Assembly (NCBI GenBank): GCA_013239625.1
Contig: MU054117.1
Span: 1,362,011 to 1,426,010, forward strand
Direction: 5' to 3'
Length of the DNA stretch: 64,000 nt
DNA from: Lama guanicoe
Taxonomy: Eukaryota
This document shows, one piece after another, positions 38,544 to 51,000 of the stretch; position 1 is the stretch's first letter; the number at the start of each line of letters is the position of its first letter. The notes under the pieces are model-generated. The model was not told where the DNA came from. It ran no database searches and was given only the letters and a program-made list of their open reading frames with translations. A program made the translations under genes and the position numbers.

Positions 38544-39005
38544 CTGCCTCTCATGCATCCCCACGGGCGCTTGCTCTCTAGTTAGGACACAGAAACGCAA
38601 GGAGACGGCCTCAAGAACAGAAGCAGAAGCAAAACGTTTGCCGGCTCTGTGACTGCGTCTCTGTGAAGGCGTCACTGTCGCCCGGGTCAGAAAGTGGTAC
38701 TGCAGCGGACATGCTTACGGTGCCACTGTTTTCAGGTGGCCCAGACAAAGTCACCTGTCTCTAGCAACACTGAACTGCCTCTCACGCATCCCCACGGGCG
38801 CTTGCTCTCTAGTTAGGACACAGAAATGCAAGGAGACGGCCTCAAGAACAGAAGCAGAAGCAAAACATTTGCTGGCTCTGTGACTGCGTCTCTGTGAAGG
38901 TGTCACTGTCGCCCGGGTCAGAAAGCGGTACTGCAGCGGACATGCTTACGGTGACACTGTTTTCAGGTGGCCCAGACAAAGTCACCTGTCTCTAGCAACA
39001 CTGAA
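38544..39005 (+). repeat. 231-bp tandem duplication, 2 copies differing at 7 sites
   Basis: Copies 38544-38774 and 38775-39005 compared base by base. Confidence 0.95.
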
Positions 39006-41858
39006 TAAATTATCAGGCAGATAATTGCTAGACAAGTAAGTGGTACAGTTACACGACACAGGATGAGAGGGCATGAGACTGAAAGAACTAGTTACTACAT
39101 CCTTAACCGGCACATAACTAGGACTGCGAGCTCTGGACAGAGTGGGGGAGGAAGAGCATTAGAAGTGACAACTGCCGCTACTTTTCTGAAACACGAGAAA
39201 AAGCTGAGTCTTTGCCTTTACAGCACTGCTGTATGTCTCGAATGAAATGAATGAAAATGAAAGTTCCACTGTTGGAATTTAGGAGCTGAAGGCTGGAAGA
39301 GGAGGGGGGCAGAGGCCCTGGGCACCGCGTGGTGAGCCTCTGGTCGGAGTGCCCGAGAGATGAGACAGAACAGAAATCAGAGCTTGAGGCGCACGGCTTA
39401 CAGTCGCAGGGTGACAAAGGAGAATGGAGGTCGTGCGGCACCAGCCCACAGACCGGGAGGGCGAGGGAAGGCAGGCAGCAGGCTGAGGGCGCCACACCCG
39501 CGCTTCTGCAGAGTCAGGAGCCAACAAGAAGCACCAGGATGGGCCCGAAGTCCAGAGTGACAGAAAAATCCTCCAAAAACCTCGAAAAGAAAAAATAACT
39601 GACTCTAGGAGGTGGGACTCGGGGCAGAAGAGGCAGTTTTGATGCTTTTCTTACAAGTTCGTCTGTTACTTGATTTTTCACATGGCCGTGCATTATGTAA
39701 ATTATATACCTTGCGAAAGAAAATAATGGAAAATGTCTGTCCTGTGAAAGGTGAAGCTGTTGTTCTCAGCCACAAAACAGAGGATACTGTTTTCAGTCTT
39801 AGAACAAAGGCCCCCGCTTCAGACCCCAGCGCCGAGCCCACTGCTGCTGGCTCTGGGAGTTAAAACCCCCATCACAGCCCTTACAGTTTGCTCCCACTGG
39901 GAACCGCTAAGCTCCACTCCAGAAGCGGCTCGAGGAGGAGCCAAGAACCCTACAGACCTGCGGTCAGGAGTCGTGGGAGCTTCCGGCTGAAGTCCCCCTT
40001 GATCGCCCCTTTCCTTCAAACCCCACGCATCCTCCTCCTTAATCTGTCCTTCTTCCACCTCCTCAAACCCCCCGCACCCCCACCGCGGACACGCCCCCAA
40101 CTCAGTATTTCCTGCCTGAACTTCTTTACCGCATCCTTTCCTAGTACCTTAATTATTCGCACATTTCCCCTGCTCCTCAGCTGGGGAGGTAGGAAGCAGC
40201 CTCAGGTGGCAAAGGGAGACCAAGGCGTTAGCTCTGTCCCTTCCCATTTACGGGCATAAGTGGCGAAGTGGCCCACCGTCTACTGGCCTTGGTTTCCCCA
40301 GACCTGTAACAAGTGCGCCCTCACCCAGCAGCTCTCCCAGAAACCAGCTCAGCACAGTACGCGCCTGCAAAATGGGAAACAATGCAACAACTTATTATTA
40401 CTACTGCAGTACTGATTACATCTTTCTGTATACCAAATAGGATATCGTAATAGAGAGCTACTATTAAACATTTGTGACGTGTGGTCAATTTGGTTTAGGC
40501 TATTATAAAATTATCTTTCAGATATTAAATGCAATTTTAAATACAACTTTTTTTCTTAGATTGAAAAAAGAAAGCCCAGCATTCATGGGCCCCTACAGAT
40601 GAGGTAACACGCTAGGTGCTGTACATTCATCACCACGAGACACTTCTGTCCTGGCCGACTACAGGGCAGCTTACAGCATCTCGTCCACAGACTTGTGAAA
40701 TGGTTTTTCCAAGAAACAGTACAGGAAAAGATTACGTAAAATGGAGCCTAGAGTAATGAGATTGTGCCACACTCTCCATTCTGTAAAGAGACACGTAGAA
40801 ACAGAAAGTTCTACTTTCTGCTGGCCGTCTCTAACCTTTCCAAGAGGCAGAAATAATGAATTTTAAATAACCGTACAAAATTACCCTAATGAACTATTCA
40901 TCAACAGGAAACAACCAAAAACACTCAGTTTTGTTGTTGTTTTAAAACATCTGTCCTTATAAACAGTTCCTATTAAACCTGAAGGGAGGGCTTTTTCTTT
41001 ACGTTTAAAGACCACCTTTCAAACACAAAGACTTGAGGCACCTTGTGTCTCGTATTAAGAAAGACAGAAGAGACACTACACTCGTGCAAGACGTGCTGAG
41101 CGGTAACCCTTAGATTATTCCTTCATGAATATACACGTTGACTTACTCATGTTTGTTCCCACAAGAAAGAGGAATGAGTGATCGGTATGGTCGATGGTAA
41201 GAATTACACTGCTTAAAAATCTAATCTGAAAAGCAGATGGAATTAAAAGAAAGTTGAAGTGTATATAATATTCCCTTTACTGAACTGTCTTCCCCAACTT
41301 CTGCCCCTCTACTGCTAAACTTACAGGACTTTATGAAACATGCCCTCATTTATCTGCTTAACAATAAATTCAGTTGCCTTAGCTTCTGAGGGGTGTTCTC
41401 CTACAGCAGAGAGAGTGCTGGTTCAACAGAGCAAGAAACAAAGCCGAACTCGGCGGTCCCTGGCCAAGGTCCGCCCATTGGCGCAGCCTCCGGACCCATA
41501 ATCACTTGGCATCGTTCAGCCTCTAGTCTAGTTACAAACAGCACACCCGGGGCTCCCCGAGTTTATCAAGGGAAGCTCTGCAGGAAAGGCCCCGAGAGCG
41601 GGGCAACGCACATCGATGCAGAACATCGACACAAACTGCTTTTATTTGTAAAGTTGTCTTTTTTAAAATGTGCTGTTGCGTTTTTCCCCTTGGCAAGTCT
41701 CCCAAGATGCTGGACCACGAGTGCAGATTAAAGACAGAAGGGAACGCTGAAGGGGACAATAAAGTGATTTCTAAAAATCCCCCAAAGTTCACGTTCAGCC
41801 TAAAACTGAAAAAGGGAGGCCTGAGAGCCTCCCTACGAACATCAGAAAGGCAGGCGCT

Positions 41859-41874
41859 TCACCAGATGGCAGCG
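41859..41874 (+). promoter_or_regulatory. Candidate CTCF motif
   Basis: TCACCAGATGGCAGCG has one mismatch to the core CCASYAGRKGGCRS. Motif match only. Confidence 0.35.
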
Positions 41875-42329
41875 AGCTGGTCTAGCGTGTATTTCTCGAG
41901 GTCAGTGGGCCAGCTTCTAGCCGCTCATCAGCCTTCGGATCACTGTGACTACAGTGCCTGACAACGGTGACGGTTTAATTTAAATCTCACAACAACCCAA
42001 AGAGTAGGTGTTACGTCATTTTCATTTCAGACATGGGACAGACACAGTTAAATTAACTTCTTCGAATTCACACGGCTAAAAGATGGCCAAGATTTTTTTT
42101 TGCTTGCTCAAGTCTCACTTCCTTCTTTTTTATTTATTTATTTTTTATTGAGTAAATGGCCAAGATTTTTAACCCTAACTCTGACCTCTATCACCACATA
42201 TCAACACTACCAGAAGGGATACGATTATTGGAAACAAGTTAACCTGACAAACTTGTAAGTATAAGAATCGGTTTGTTTAAAAAAACACTAGTAGTGGAAG
42301 AGTATGGTGCATGTCTCCACAGTCATGAG

Positions 42330-42810
42330 ATTAGCAAAACCAGAACGCAGGGCTACAAACTTGGTTTTTTCAGCTAATATACTGAAAGGGGTAAAAGAGA
42401 TGCAGGGGAACTTAAAGCAGACTTTAGGGACACAGAAACCAGCCGCAACACATGGACTGACTTGGATGCTACATTCGACAAACTACAAATAATCAAAGTA
42501 CAAATCTTTTAAGAAACAACCTGGCAAATGTTAACACTAACTTTGATGAAAATAAAGAATTACTGTTACATTTTTTCAGCTGTGCTAATGGTACTGCTGC
42601 CGTGCTTTTAAAAAGAACTCTCATCTTTTAGAAATAAATCCTGAATGATTCAGGATAAAATGATTTGCTTCAAAATAAAACAGAATGGGGAAGTGAGAAC
42701 ACAGATAAAACAGCCTTAGTCATAAACTGATCACTGTTGACGATGAGTTAACAGGCAAATACAGAAGGTCACTGGCTGCCTGCTCTCCTTTCGGAGATGC
42801 TTAAGGTTTC
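42330..42810 (+). mobile_element. Old L1ME-type 3' end
   Basis: tttgatgaaaataaagaattactgttacatttttt...gtgctaatggtactg...tcatcttttagaaataaatcctgaa...atttgcttcaaaataaa. Confidence 0.6.
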
Positions 42811-43561
42811 AGAAGGCGAAGGCAGGTCGCGCTGAGCAAGCCCCACCATGGTCCTCAGCCCTGGTTCTCTTTACGCACATGCTCCTCTGTTCCAAAATAA
42901 AGTGAGTGTGGATGTTCAAAAAAAAAAAGTAAAATAAAATAAACATTTCTATAATAAAAGAAAACCATGTCTTGCACACTGGAATCACACTAAACATTAT
43001 TACTTGAATTATACTATCAGAAATTTTAATACTATCTTATACGTTCATCTGACTGACTTATTAAAAAAGAAAAATCACAGGAAACAAAAAAACAAGTTGC
43101 CGAAGCAAAGGAAGAGAGACATACGGCTCTTCCCATCTAGGAGGAGGTGACAGTCCAACTCCCCTGTATGAAGCTTTCCTTTTCGGAAGTAAAGATTTTT
43201 GGCTACAAGAGTGTTTACAGAAGGAACAAGGAGCAACAGAGGATATCATACGTTACAAAATCAATATTTAAATTTTTACTACATATGACTATTGCCTTTA
43301 AGTTTCAGAGATTTTCAAAGCCCACCGTTATTCCATGTTTAGTAAATGTCCAGTAATTAACCAAAAATGTTCTGCACATTCACACGAAGCTGCCTGCTGC
43401 GTGGGCTACAGGGTGTGTCTCAGGCGCTGGCGCTGGTGGAGGTGGAGGATGCGAAGTGCGGATGGACGGACGGATGAAAAAGTAAGTACCTCACTGTTGT
43501 CAAACCCGGAAAAAATGGTCAGCAGAAGCAAAAAATGGATTTGGAGGAATGAGAGACTCAC

Positions 43562-43573
43562 CAGCATTCGTAA
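43562..43573 (-). other. Candidate 12-nt frame-preserving ERC1 microexon (unverified)
   Basis: ttttgtttccag|TTACGAATGCTG|gtgagt. No stop codon in phase 2, with a YCAY cluster downstream. Confidence 0.3.
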
Positions 43574-45479
43574 CTGGAAACAAAACTGGAAGATTTACTT
43601 TAAGTCCTGGTACTGTTTTCAGTGGAGTCTGGGATGGTTACAAGCCGTTTCCAGAAATCCAACAGATAGGAGTAGCTAATAACTCTGGAATGTCTAATCT
43701 GGCACACTACATACAGTATCAGATAATTTTTTAGTACATGTATCACCCCCATTCCTGCCCTGGGTGAAATGTGGCCACAGCTCATTCTCTGGAAGTAATT
43801 CTCCCTCTCACGCATGCACACACGCACACACGTGCCCCAGCTGTGCACCGAGCCCGACATGCAACGCTTCCTCCCTGCCTGGATGACCCCAGCGACTGGA
43901 CTCAGCCCTCCGACGTGTGTCTCCGCTGGTGTCCTAAGTGCCGAGCTGCACTGACAGGTATCCAGGGGCGTCTACATGCTGACCTGCTTGAAATGTACTC
44001 TGTTAAGAAGTATAAGTCTTGGCAGGCTCCAGAGTGAGGCGGGCCCACTGTCTGGGTTTCCTTCCTGCTCAGCCAGTAGGGCAGACTCGTGGGGTCATTA
44101 GCACCTCATCAGTATGTCCGTCAGCTGCCAATGCGGAGAGAAGACCAAGCCACTTACGAAGCCCTGGACTTTCTGACTTCTTTAAAGTAAAAGCAAATCC
44201 CTAACACATGGACATGTTTAAACCTACTACACCCACTTATCCATTTTAACTTATTGGATCAATTAGCTCAGCTCAGAATAGGAAATGACTTTGCCATTAC
44301 ATGGGCAGCATTCAAATACCCTGTTTCCAGGACTAAGAGCAGGACCGTCCACATGGGAGCTGGGGGAGGGAGCTTGAAGCCCTGACTCGCGTCTGATAAA
44401 TGCTAATAACTGGGGTTCAGATCTGACACAGGCTCAGAGCTTAAACTGTAGAACAGGAGAAGTGAAATCCTGGTAGAAAGAGTGACGTTAGGAGGTAGAA
44501 ACGGCTAACGATGTCCTCGAGGTAAGAAGCAGTTTCATGTTGCACATTTAAAATAAGAAACAAATGGGAGTTTTGTTTATCTTGTCTTTCTGGAGAAGAC
44601 AGAAACAAAAAGCAATCATCCCTTCTAAACAAAAGATTTTCCCAGTGTCTTCTCTATTTTGGAATGTGGGTTTAAGACTGTAATTTTTCTCTGGGTAAAA
44701 CGTGGCCACACGATTTCTCTGCAACCACTGCACTATTCTTTCTGTCCACAACCGAACTTCGAAATGAGAATTACTCAGGTTTCAGACACTACACACTTAC
44801 GCCCAGCACTATCTGTCAAGGGTTGAACGTACACATTCCTTGAAAAAAATGTATCATACACCAACTTGGGCCCTCTTTTTTAAGGTAAAAGGTTACTCTA
44901 CAAATGTAATTTTCTCATTGTGATGCTGAAGAAGCAGTAAGAAGGGAGAGGGAAGAAATAGGAGGCTTCTTAATTCCTCGGCTAGAAATCTCTTTGTCAG
45001 TCCACTGCTGAGGCATGTAAACTCTCAACTTCTAATCAGCAGAAGTAAGGAACGCGAGACGTGGAACAAGAAGTCAGAGATCCTTGAACTGATCCAGCAA
45101 AACCAAGGATAGTTTGTCTTGGTTTGCAATGAACAGGCAGAGGTTGGCAAACTGGAAGGCCAAGTCGGAAACGGAGGTGTAGACAACGTAAGCACGCTGA
45201 AATGGGAAAGCGACTGCGGGGCAAGTCACAGCGACCGGCCACGAGGACAGAGGCTGAGGACTGGAAGCTTGTGTCCGCTGGGAAGGTGCGAACCTCAAAG
45301 CCACGGCCGAGAGCTGTGGAATCACCACGGTGGGGTGTTTAAGCTGCATCTCGACACCCACCTTTCTGGGACGGGGTCAGTGTAGTGAATGCTTGATCCT
45401 CGGCGATCTCTGTACGCACCAGATCTTACCAAGCCGGAACAAAAACACGGACCAACAGGTTTTATTTTTTCTCACTGAA

Positions 45480-46640
45480 AACCGTGCACATGAGAACAAG
45501 GATACAGCTGTTTCCTGGAGTCGTGGGCGGGATCCAGTGGCACTCACGGCGGGTCCGGGCCCAGCTCTGGGGCGAAGCTGGCCTTCTGCCTGGGCACGAG
45601 TCGCTCCGCCACTGCGGATGCCAGGTTCCGGGAACGCGAACTGCGAGGACAGAGAGGGCGGGAGGGAAGCGGCGCGCGCCGAGCCTTCGCGGGCCGGAAC
45701 GGTGCGCTTTGCGCCTGCAGCATCCTGGCGGCTTTCCAGGCTGATGGAAGTTGGTTCCAGGGCACTCACCGGCCGCGCCGCACCCACAGAGCGGGCGGCA
45801 GAGCGGGGCTGGCGTCCAGCTCTACCGGACTCCGGAGTCCGCAACTCGAAGAGTCCTGCGCTGCCTCACTGCCACTGCAGGCCCCGTTTCCAGCCAGACA
45901 GAGCAGGTGGCGGAGGCCGGAGGCCATGCTGTCGGCTGGGGTGTTTGTGCGTCCGGGGCGGGGTGGGGGCGGAGCTAGGAGAGCGCAGGGCTGGGCGGCG
46001 GGCCTCGCGGGGAGCGGAGACCCCTGCGGACAGCGACGGAAGGAAGGGAAGCGCCGCCGAGGCTCGAGGTCAGAGCACCGCTCCGGGGCCGTCACATGGG
46101 CTCGCGGCCGGAGACGGGGCCCAAGGGCTGGGAGGCCGCTGTGCGCAGCGCGCGCAGAGCGGGAGGCCGCCGCCCGCGCGGGGGGGAGGGCGCACAGCCG
46201 CGTGGCCCGCTCGTCGGCGCCTCCCCACGGGCGGGGGCTGCCGGCCACGGACACGAAGGGACGGAAGACGAGGCGTGGGCACCGCGGGCCACGAACAGCG
46301 GACACACGAGGCCGCGAGCAGAGCCGGGAGGCGAGGAAACGCGCGGAAAGCGCCCTTCTTTGGGAAGTCGCCCTCTCCTGGGCCCGACACTCGGTTATTC
46401 CCGGGGGGGCGCCCCCCGGAAACCCTCCTTCGCGGCTGCAGGGCGCGGGGTGACGCGGCGAGCTCCGGCCGGCAGCCTGGCGAGGCCGCTGCCTGGCGCC
46501 GCCGCCCGCGGACACCAGGCCTCCCCGCGCGCAGGGCTGCCCAGGCCCGCAGCCCAGCCCGGGGGCGGCGGCAGCGCCCCTCGCAGCCCTCCACGGGCTG
46601 GCCTGCGGCTCCCCGTACGTACAGCGCCGGTTTCTCTTGG
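45480..46640. promoter_or_regulatory. Intronic CpG island, candidate internal ERC1 promoter region
   Basis: About 1.1 kb, very GC- and CpG-rich and not an obvious repeat. GC boxes ggggcgggg and ggggcggag at about 45955-45975. Minus-strand splice donors at 46658 and 45769. Confidence 0.75.
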
Positions 46641-46658
46641 CTGCAGAGGCAGCCTTAC

Positions 46659-46672
46659 CTGCAGGGCTCCAT
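46659..46672 (-). CDS. ERC1: Candidate coding part of an alternative ERC1 first exon (MEPC-R, phase 2), or the end of a 45/51-nt cassette exon
   Basis: ggaaaaATGGAGCCCTGCAG|gtaagg has a strong Kozak context and a near-consensus donor, with phase matching the acceptor at 23924. In-frame upstream TAA at 46745-46747, and no other minus-strand ATG for about 250 nt upstream. Confidence 0.5.
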
Positions 46673-48039
46673 TTTTCCGTTTGACACCTTGGAGCTGATT
46701 TTCCTGCGACTACAAAAGAGCCCTCTCCGGGGCCTCTCGCACAATTACACAAGCACTCCGTTGTAACTCAGAAGAGGATTAATGACTGGGTTTGATTTGA
46801 TTGTAGTTTTGATGAAGCCTGACTTTGTTTAATTTGTGACCTCTGCTGGAATCCCCAGGGCTGGGAGTTGGAAAATGCACACTGACCTACTGTACGCCCA
46901 GCAGCCTGCGCTTGCCAACTTACTTCATGCCTCATTAGCCACAAAAGCTATGAAATTTTAGTCCAAAAACAGCTTCGGTATGGGTACAAAATTCTGTATG
47001 AGCCTTTCTTTCTGATTTAAATATAGTAAGCCGATAACTGAGTCTACCCTGGTTATGCTCATGGGTCTGAACTGCAGTGGGCAGTTATCTCAGTAAATCA
47101 TCAGACCCAGGCAAGTGACACCGTGATGCAGCCGCCCTGAATTCCTGAGGGTCGTAATTAGTGTTTGTGAAAGGCTGGGAAAAAAAGTCCAACTTTTTAG
47201 ACTGCAAAAAATTACAGTATTCGTATATTCTTTAATGAATTTGTCTTTGGAATTAAAACCAAACGTACATGAATAAATTTATCCTAGTTTGTGTTAAATC
47301 TTGAAGATACCACCTCATGGAAAAGCGGCTGTAGTTTTTAGTTATTTACTGTTTGAGGATCAGCTGTTTATAATGTTTTTATGAGTAATTTATGATCCAC
47401 AACATCCTACATGAGAGTTGTGCTTTCGGAGCTCCCGGGAAAAACAGATTATTTACACGAAACTGTAGAAGACACTCTTTGCTGTGACACTCAGTTCTGC
47501 TAGTGGATTAACTGAAAGCAGCTCATTAAAGAATGGAAAAATGATACACACAAGTGCACCCTGCTTCGCCAACATTCGATGCAGGCAAGGTCCGAAGCGC
47601 CTTGTAACCCAGCGACTGCATTCTGCATCGTCCTTTTTGGACCCTCTCAAATTCCAGTTCTGTTAAAGTGGGGCTAGTACTTAAAGACACTAGAAAGTAG
47701 CTTCTGTTTAAAACACTTTTAGATTAAAAAAAATTCCCCTCCATATTCAATAATTATCTCACTTTTACCTAATTAAATAATTTTTAAACGACTTTTAACT
47801 TTTATCCTCTTTCCAAATTGTTCAAACTTTAGTTTCACAGAAATATTTTTTCTTACGAGCATGTCATTGGTTTCATATAAAATAAAAGCACATAATTACA
47901 ATATCCTGAAGAACGGGAATAAACAGGTGTGGAAACAATCGTAAGTAGCTTCCAGGTATTGCTCAGCACGTCCGCTGAGCCGTGCAGGGTGCCCGGGGTG
48001 TTCGGGGTTCTCTGCCAGCTGTTCCAGCACGCTGTTAAT

Positions 48040-51000
48040 CAGCCCCTTCCCCTATGTTTGTTACCAGTGGTTTTACCTTCTGGGCCTTACGTTTAAGTCT
48101 TCAAACCATTTCAAGTTAATTTTTGTGAGTAGTGTAGGACAGAAGTGCAATTTCACCCTTTTGCATGTGAATATCCAGTTTTCCCAACACTGTTTACCGC
48201 ACAGACGTCCCTTGTTCCTGGTCCTAGCAGGAACCTTCACGCTTTCCCACTGAATATGATGTCAGCTGTGGTCTGGCATATGTGGCCTTTATTATGTTGA
48301 GGTACATTCTTTTCACCCCCATTATGTTGAGAGTTTTTATCATGAAAGGGTGTTGAATTCTGTCAAATGCCTTGCCGTTTCTTCATCTTTTGAGACAATC
48401 ACATGGTCTTTACCTTTCATTTTTACCAGTGCTGTGTATGACATTTATTGATAGGCATATGTTGAACCAACCTTACTTACATCCTAAGGATGAATCCCAC
48501 TTGACCCGTCTAATGTGTTGTTGAATTTGGTTTGCTGATACTTTGTGGAGGATTTTGCATCCATGTTCATCAGGGATACGGGACAGTAATTTTCTTCTGC
48601 TACCCTTATCTGCCTCTGACATGAGAGGATGCTGGCTTTGTCAAATGAGCTGAAGAGTGTTCCCTCCTCTTCAGTAATTTTGGGTACATTTCAGAAGGAG
48701 GTTTAATGTTCATTCTTCTTTAACTGTTTGTAGAATTCACCAGTGAAACCAGCTGGCCTGCAGCTTTTCTTCATTGGGAGGTTTTTGATGACTGACTCAA
48801 TCGCCATACTTGGGTTTTTGTTTTTGTTTTTTGGTTTTTTTGGTGGGGGAGGAGGTGGTTAGGTTTATTTACTTGTTTTTAGAGGAGGTACTGGGGACTG
48901 AACCCAGGACCTCGTGCATGCTAGGCCTGCGCTCTACCACTGAGCTGTCCCTCTCCCCAGTCACCATGCTTGTTCTTGGTGTGGTGAAGTTTCCCATTGC
49001 TTCATTCAGTACCGGCAGGCTGTATGTTCCTAGAAATTTATTCTAGATCAAGCAATTTGTAGGCATTTAACTGTTCACAGCAGTCCGTTATGACTCTTTG
49101 TATTGCTGTAATGTTGGCTGTCACGTCTCCTCTCTTACTTCAGATTTTGAGTCTTCTTTACTTCTTAGTCTAGTTAAAGGGCTTCTCAATTTTATCTTTT
49201 CGAAAGAACAGCTCTTAGTTTTGTTGATCTTTTCTACAGTTTCTCTGGTCCCTACTTCATTTATTTCTGCTCTGATCTTTGTGATTTCCTTACTTCTGCT
49301 AAGTTTTGACTTTGCTCTTCTTTTTCTAGCTCCTTAAGGTTTTGTAAAGTTAGGTTATTCATTGGGATCTTTGTCTTTTTCTAAATGCCGGCATTTACCT
49401 ACATACCTATAATGCAGGTATGGAATCCTTTCAGCATTTCATCTAAGGCAGGTCTAGGGTGATAAACTCCCTCAGCTCTTGTTGGTTTGGAAAAGTATTT
49501 ACACCGCCTCCAGTTCTGAAAGACACCTCTGCAGGATAAAGCATGCTCCGTGGGCAGCACTCTTCCTTCAGCAATTTGAATATATCATCCCATTCTCTCT
49601 GGCCTGCGAAGCATCTGCTGAGAAAGCCACTGACAGCCTCTGAGGGTTCCCCGTATGCGAGAAGTATTTACCTCTGCTGTTTTAAAAATTCTTTGTCTTT
49701 GATTTTAGTTTTATTGTTAATGTCTTGGAGATCCTTGTGGGTTGAAATTTTGTGCCAACCGATTCGATTCATGATCGTGGATGTCCAAGTACCGCCCCAG
49801 ATTCCAGGAGTTCTCAGCCATCACACCCTTAAATAAGCCTCTGCTGCTCTCTCCCGCTCCTCTCCTGCTGGGACTCCAGCAACGCACACCTTGTTTCTTT
49901 GAACGGGATCTCGTAACTCACGTGGGCTGTCTTCACTTCTTTTTATTCTCTCTGCTTCTTCTGACTGGATGACCTCAAATCGCCTCGTGTTCTAGTTCTC
50001 CAGTTCTGTCTTCTGCTTGGCCAGGTCTGCTGCCGGAGCTCCCTAGGGAATTCTTCGGTTCAATCAACATATCCTCCAACCACAGGATTTATGGTTGATT
50101 TTCTTCGGTGCTTTGTTTCTCTGCAGAACTTCTCAGTTGTTCATGCATTGTTTTCTCAATTTCACTTAGATGTCCAGCTGTGTTTTCTCGTAGTTCACGG
50201 AATCTCTACGACGGCGATTGTTCTAAGCTCCCTCTCAGACAATTCACAGACCTCCACGTCTTCAGGGTCAGTCACTGGAGTCGTATTCGTTTCCTTTGGT
50301 GGGATCATGTTTCCTTGATTATTCATGACTTCCGTGGCCTGGCTTTGGAGTCGTGCAGCTCAGAAGGCAGCACTTCTTCCAAGTTCTACAAACCGGCTTC
50401 AGCAGGCAAAGCCCTCCATCAGCCCGCGCAGCCGGAGGTTCTGGGTGGGCGTCGGGCAGTGTCTGCAGCTGGCTGGCTGATGGAGGCCTCGGACAAACAG
50501 ACCGGGCGCCTGTTCAGGGGTGATGAGCCTGGTGCTTGAGTCTGTGACGATGGGCGGGGACCCATGTTTGCATGGGATGACATGGAGCCTAGGTCCAACA
50601 GGGCCCACCAGGCACCAGAGACCACTGGGGTGGACCTGGTATTCGGGTCTGCAGGAGCCAAGCCAGTCCTGGGAAGAGCCAGCAGTCTTGTTTCAGAGGA
50701 GCCAACCTGAAAGCTGGGGCCAGAGGGGCTGGCGTATAGATTGGGTCTTCAGGGGACAGTCTGGGAGCCTGGATCTGTGGGAACTGGCCTCAAAGATGGG
50801 GCGGCTGGGATAGCACGGGAGCTGTGTGGTCCTGGCATGAGCTGTGAACCTGTGTCTGCAGGAGCTGGTCTGGAGCCTAGATCCACAGAGACCAGCCTGC
50901 CACTGGGGTAGCTGGGGGTCTGGAGCTTCGGGAGCTGGATGAGTGCTGGGGGGGGGGGTCAAAAGCATGGGTCAGTGGTAGCTGGCCTGGCACTAGGTCC

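Noticed and set aside
45036..45385. Purine-rich segment with protein-like translations, possibly a retrocopy or ancient CR1/L3 piece
   Set aside because: I could not match it to any family, and it has internal stops with no poly(A) or TSD. A TBLASTX or Dfam search would be needed.
45330..46766. 478-aa plus-strand ORF and overlapping 328-, 200- and 175-aa ORFs
   Set aside because: Arg/Gly/Pro/Ala-rich, open in several frames on both strands and with no recognisable domain. This is the expected stop-codon depletion of a CpG island.
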